From an uncultured Chloroflexia bacterium (lineage in GTDB: Bacteria; Chloroflexota; Limnocylindria; Limnocylindrales; CSP1-4): a stretch of DNA of 64,000 nucleotides. Under the pieces are notes generated by a model. The model did not search any database. It was not told where the DNA came from and saw only the letters and a list, made by a program, of their open reading frames with translations. The number at the start of each line of letters is the position of its first letter. Positions within the stretch are counted from its first letter, which is position 1. The translations under genes were made by a program, and so were the position numbers. The stretch lies in contig CAWEWE010000005.1 in the NCBI GenBank assembly GCA_963812745.1, positions 4,813 through 68,812 on the forward strand. Reading direction: 5' to 3'. This document shows positions 62,912 through 64,000 of this stretch, piece by piece.

Positions 62912-64000
62912 CATGTCTTCCAGGAAGCTCGCCGCGTTCGGGACGGCGATGGTCGCCTTGACCATCGGCGCCGCCCCGATCCTCACCAGCGCGGCCGACC
63001 ACCTCGATGCCCCCGCCCTCGGCGGGGCGACCGCCAACGGCCAGATCGCGCCGCATTCGGAGCACGGCGACCGCGACATCAACGATGTCTACGTCTTCCG
63101 GGCACCCGACAGCACGCGCCGGACGGTCATCGCCATGACCGTCAACCCGGCCATCAACCTGTTCGGTGGCAACTTCGGGACGAACGTCAGGTACATCTTC
63201 AACATCGACAAGAACGGCGACGAGAAGGCGGACCTCGCTTATGTCGCGCGGTTCGGCCGCGTCGATCGAGACGATGACGACAAGTACCCGGAGCAGGACT
63301 ACCGGATCGTGAAGTACACGGGCAGCCATGCCCGCGCGCTCGACTCCGGCACCACCGTCGCCTGGGGCGAGTCCAATGAGGGGAGCGCCAGCACCCGCCA
63401 GAACCTTCGGGCATGGGCCGGCGTCCGCTCCGATCCGTTCTTCTTCGATCTGACCGGGTTCATCGGCACGACCACGCTGCTGACGACCGGCACGGCCGTC
63501 GGTGGCGATGCGCTCGGCAACAACCCGACCGACTTCTTCGCGAACCTCAACACCAACGCGATCGTCCTGTCGATCCCGAGCTCGCAGCTGCCAGACACCA
63601 TCGGCGTCTGGGCGGTGACGCAGTATCGGAAGGACGGCAAGTGGCGCGCCGGCGACCAGATGGGTCGACCCGCGATCAACACCGTGTTCAATCCGGCGGC
63701 CGACAAGGATCTGTTCAACCGGACTCCGCCGAGCAAGCAGGCCACGGCCTACGACGGCAAGTTCCGCAAGAACGTCATCAACGGCCTGAAGTTCTTCTCG
63801 AGCCTCGATAGCGAAGGCGATTACTCGGATGCTCAGGCGGCGGCGCTCGCCGACGTCCTGATCCCGGACGTCCTCGTCTACAGCCGCTCGAGCTCCCTGC
63901 CGGCACCGCTCAACGGGCGGGCCCTGGCCGACGACGTCATCGACGTCGAGCTCAACGTGACCACGGGCGGTGACCCGCTCGGCCTGTTCGCGGATCGCGA
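62912..64000 (+). CDS. DUF4331-family secreted protein (5' partial; runs off the window end)
   Basis: AAGGAGG ribosome-binding site, signal peptide, and mature-protein signature ADHLDAP characteristic of DUF4331. Confidence 0.55.

Overview
This is a high-GC (about 70%) chromosomal window, probably from an actinobacterium. It is densely coded with housekeeping and accessory metabolism genes, and I see no transposase, integrase or CRISPR array. Recognisable modules, in order:

- An N-acetylglucosamine/chitobiose-type uptake cluster: a ROK regulator, a ROK glucokinase, a sugar ABC substrate-binding protein with two permeases, a GH3 NagZ-like hexosaminidase and a SIS-domain isomerase.
- A divergent FtsH paralog preceded by two membrane-anchored NTF2-like proteins and followed by an XRE-HTH fused to a PD-(D/E)xK nuclease-like domain.
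- An ABC-2 exporter, cytochrome c assembly ccsA, a NYN-domain protein, a HAD-IIA hydrolase, adenosine deaminase, leucyl aminopeptidase with a prepilin peptidase, an M23 peptidase with a candidate c-di-AMP riboswitch leader, and glgC.
- A cell-surface proteolytic cluster: a C39-like lipoprotein, a YbjN-like protein and two tandem membrane-anchored M1-like HExxH peptidases.
- NAPRTase, a TPR protein, a NUDIX hydrolase and an MsiK-like ATPase.
- A nitrogen/amide island: a Tat MBL-fold lipoprotein, a formamidase, an APC permease, and a glutamine-synthetase-family ligase translationally coupled to a phytochelatin-synthase-like papain-fold protein.
- tRNA-His, PPK2, tctCBA, two paralogous coiled-coil proteins flanking pgm and an SDR, a CAP-domain protein, a MacB/FtsX-type ABC pair, bioY, MpaB, a third M1-like peptidase, glcD and a DUF4331 protein.

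The most striking non-coding signal is an array of near-perfect palindromes, TTTGGAAC-N7/8-GTTCCAAA, in two unrelated intergenic regions, which points to an unidentified regulon. About 16 single-base frameshifts interrupt otherwise intact genes, which looks like sequencing or assembly indel error rather than gene decay.
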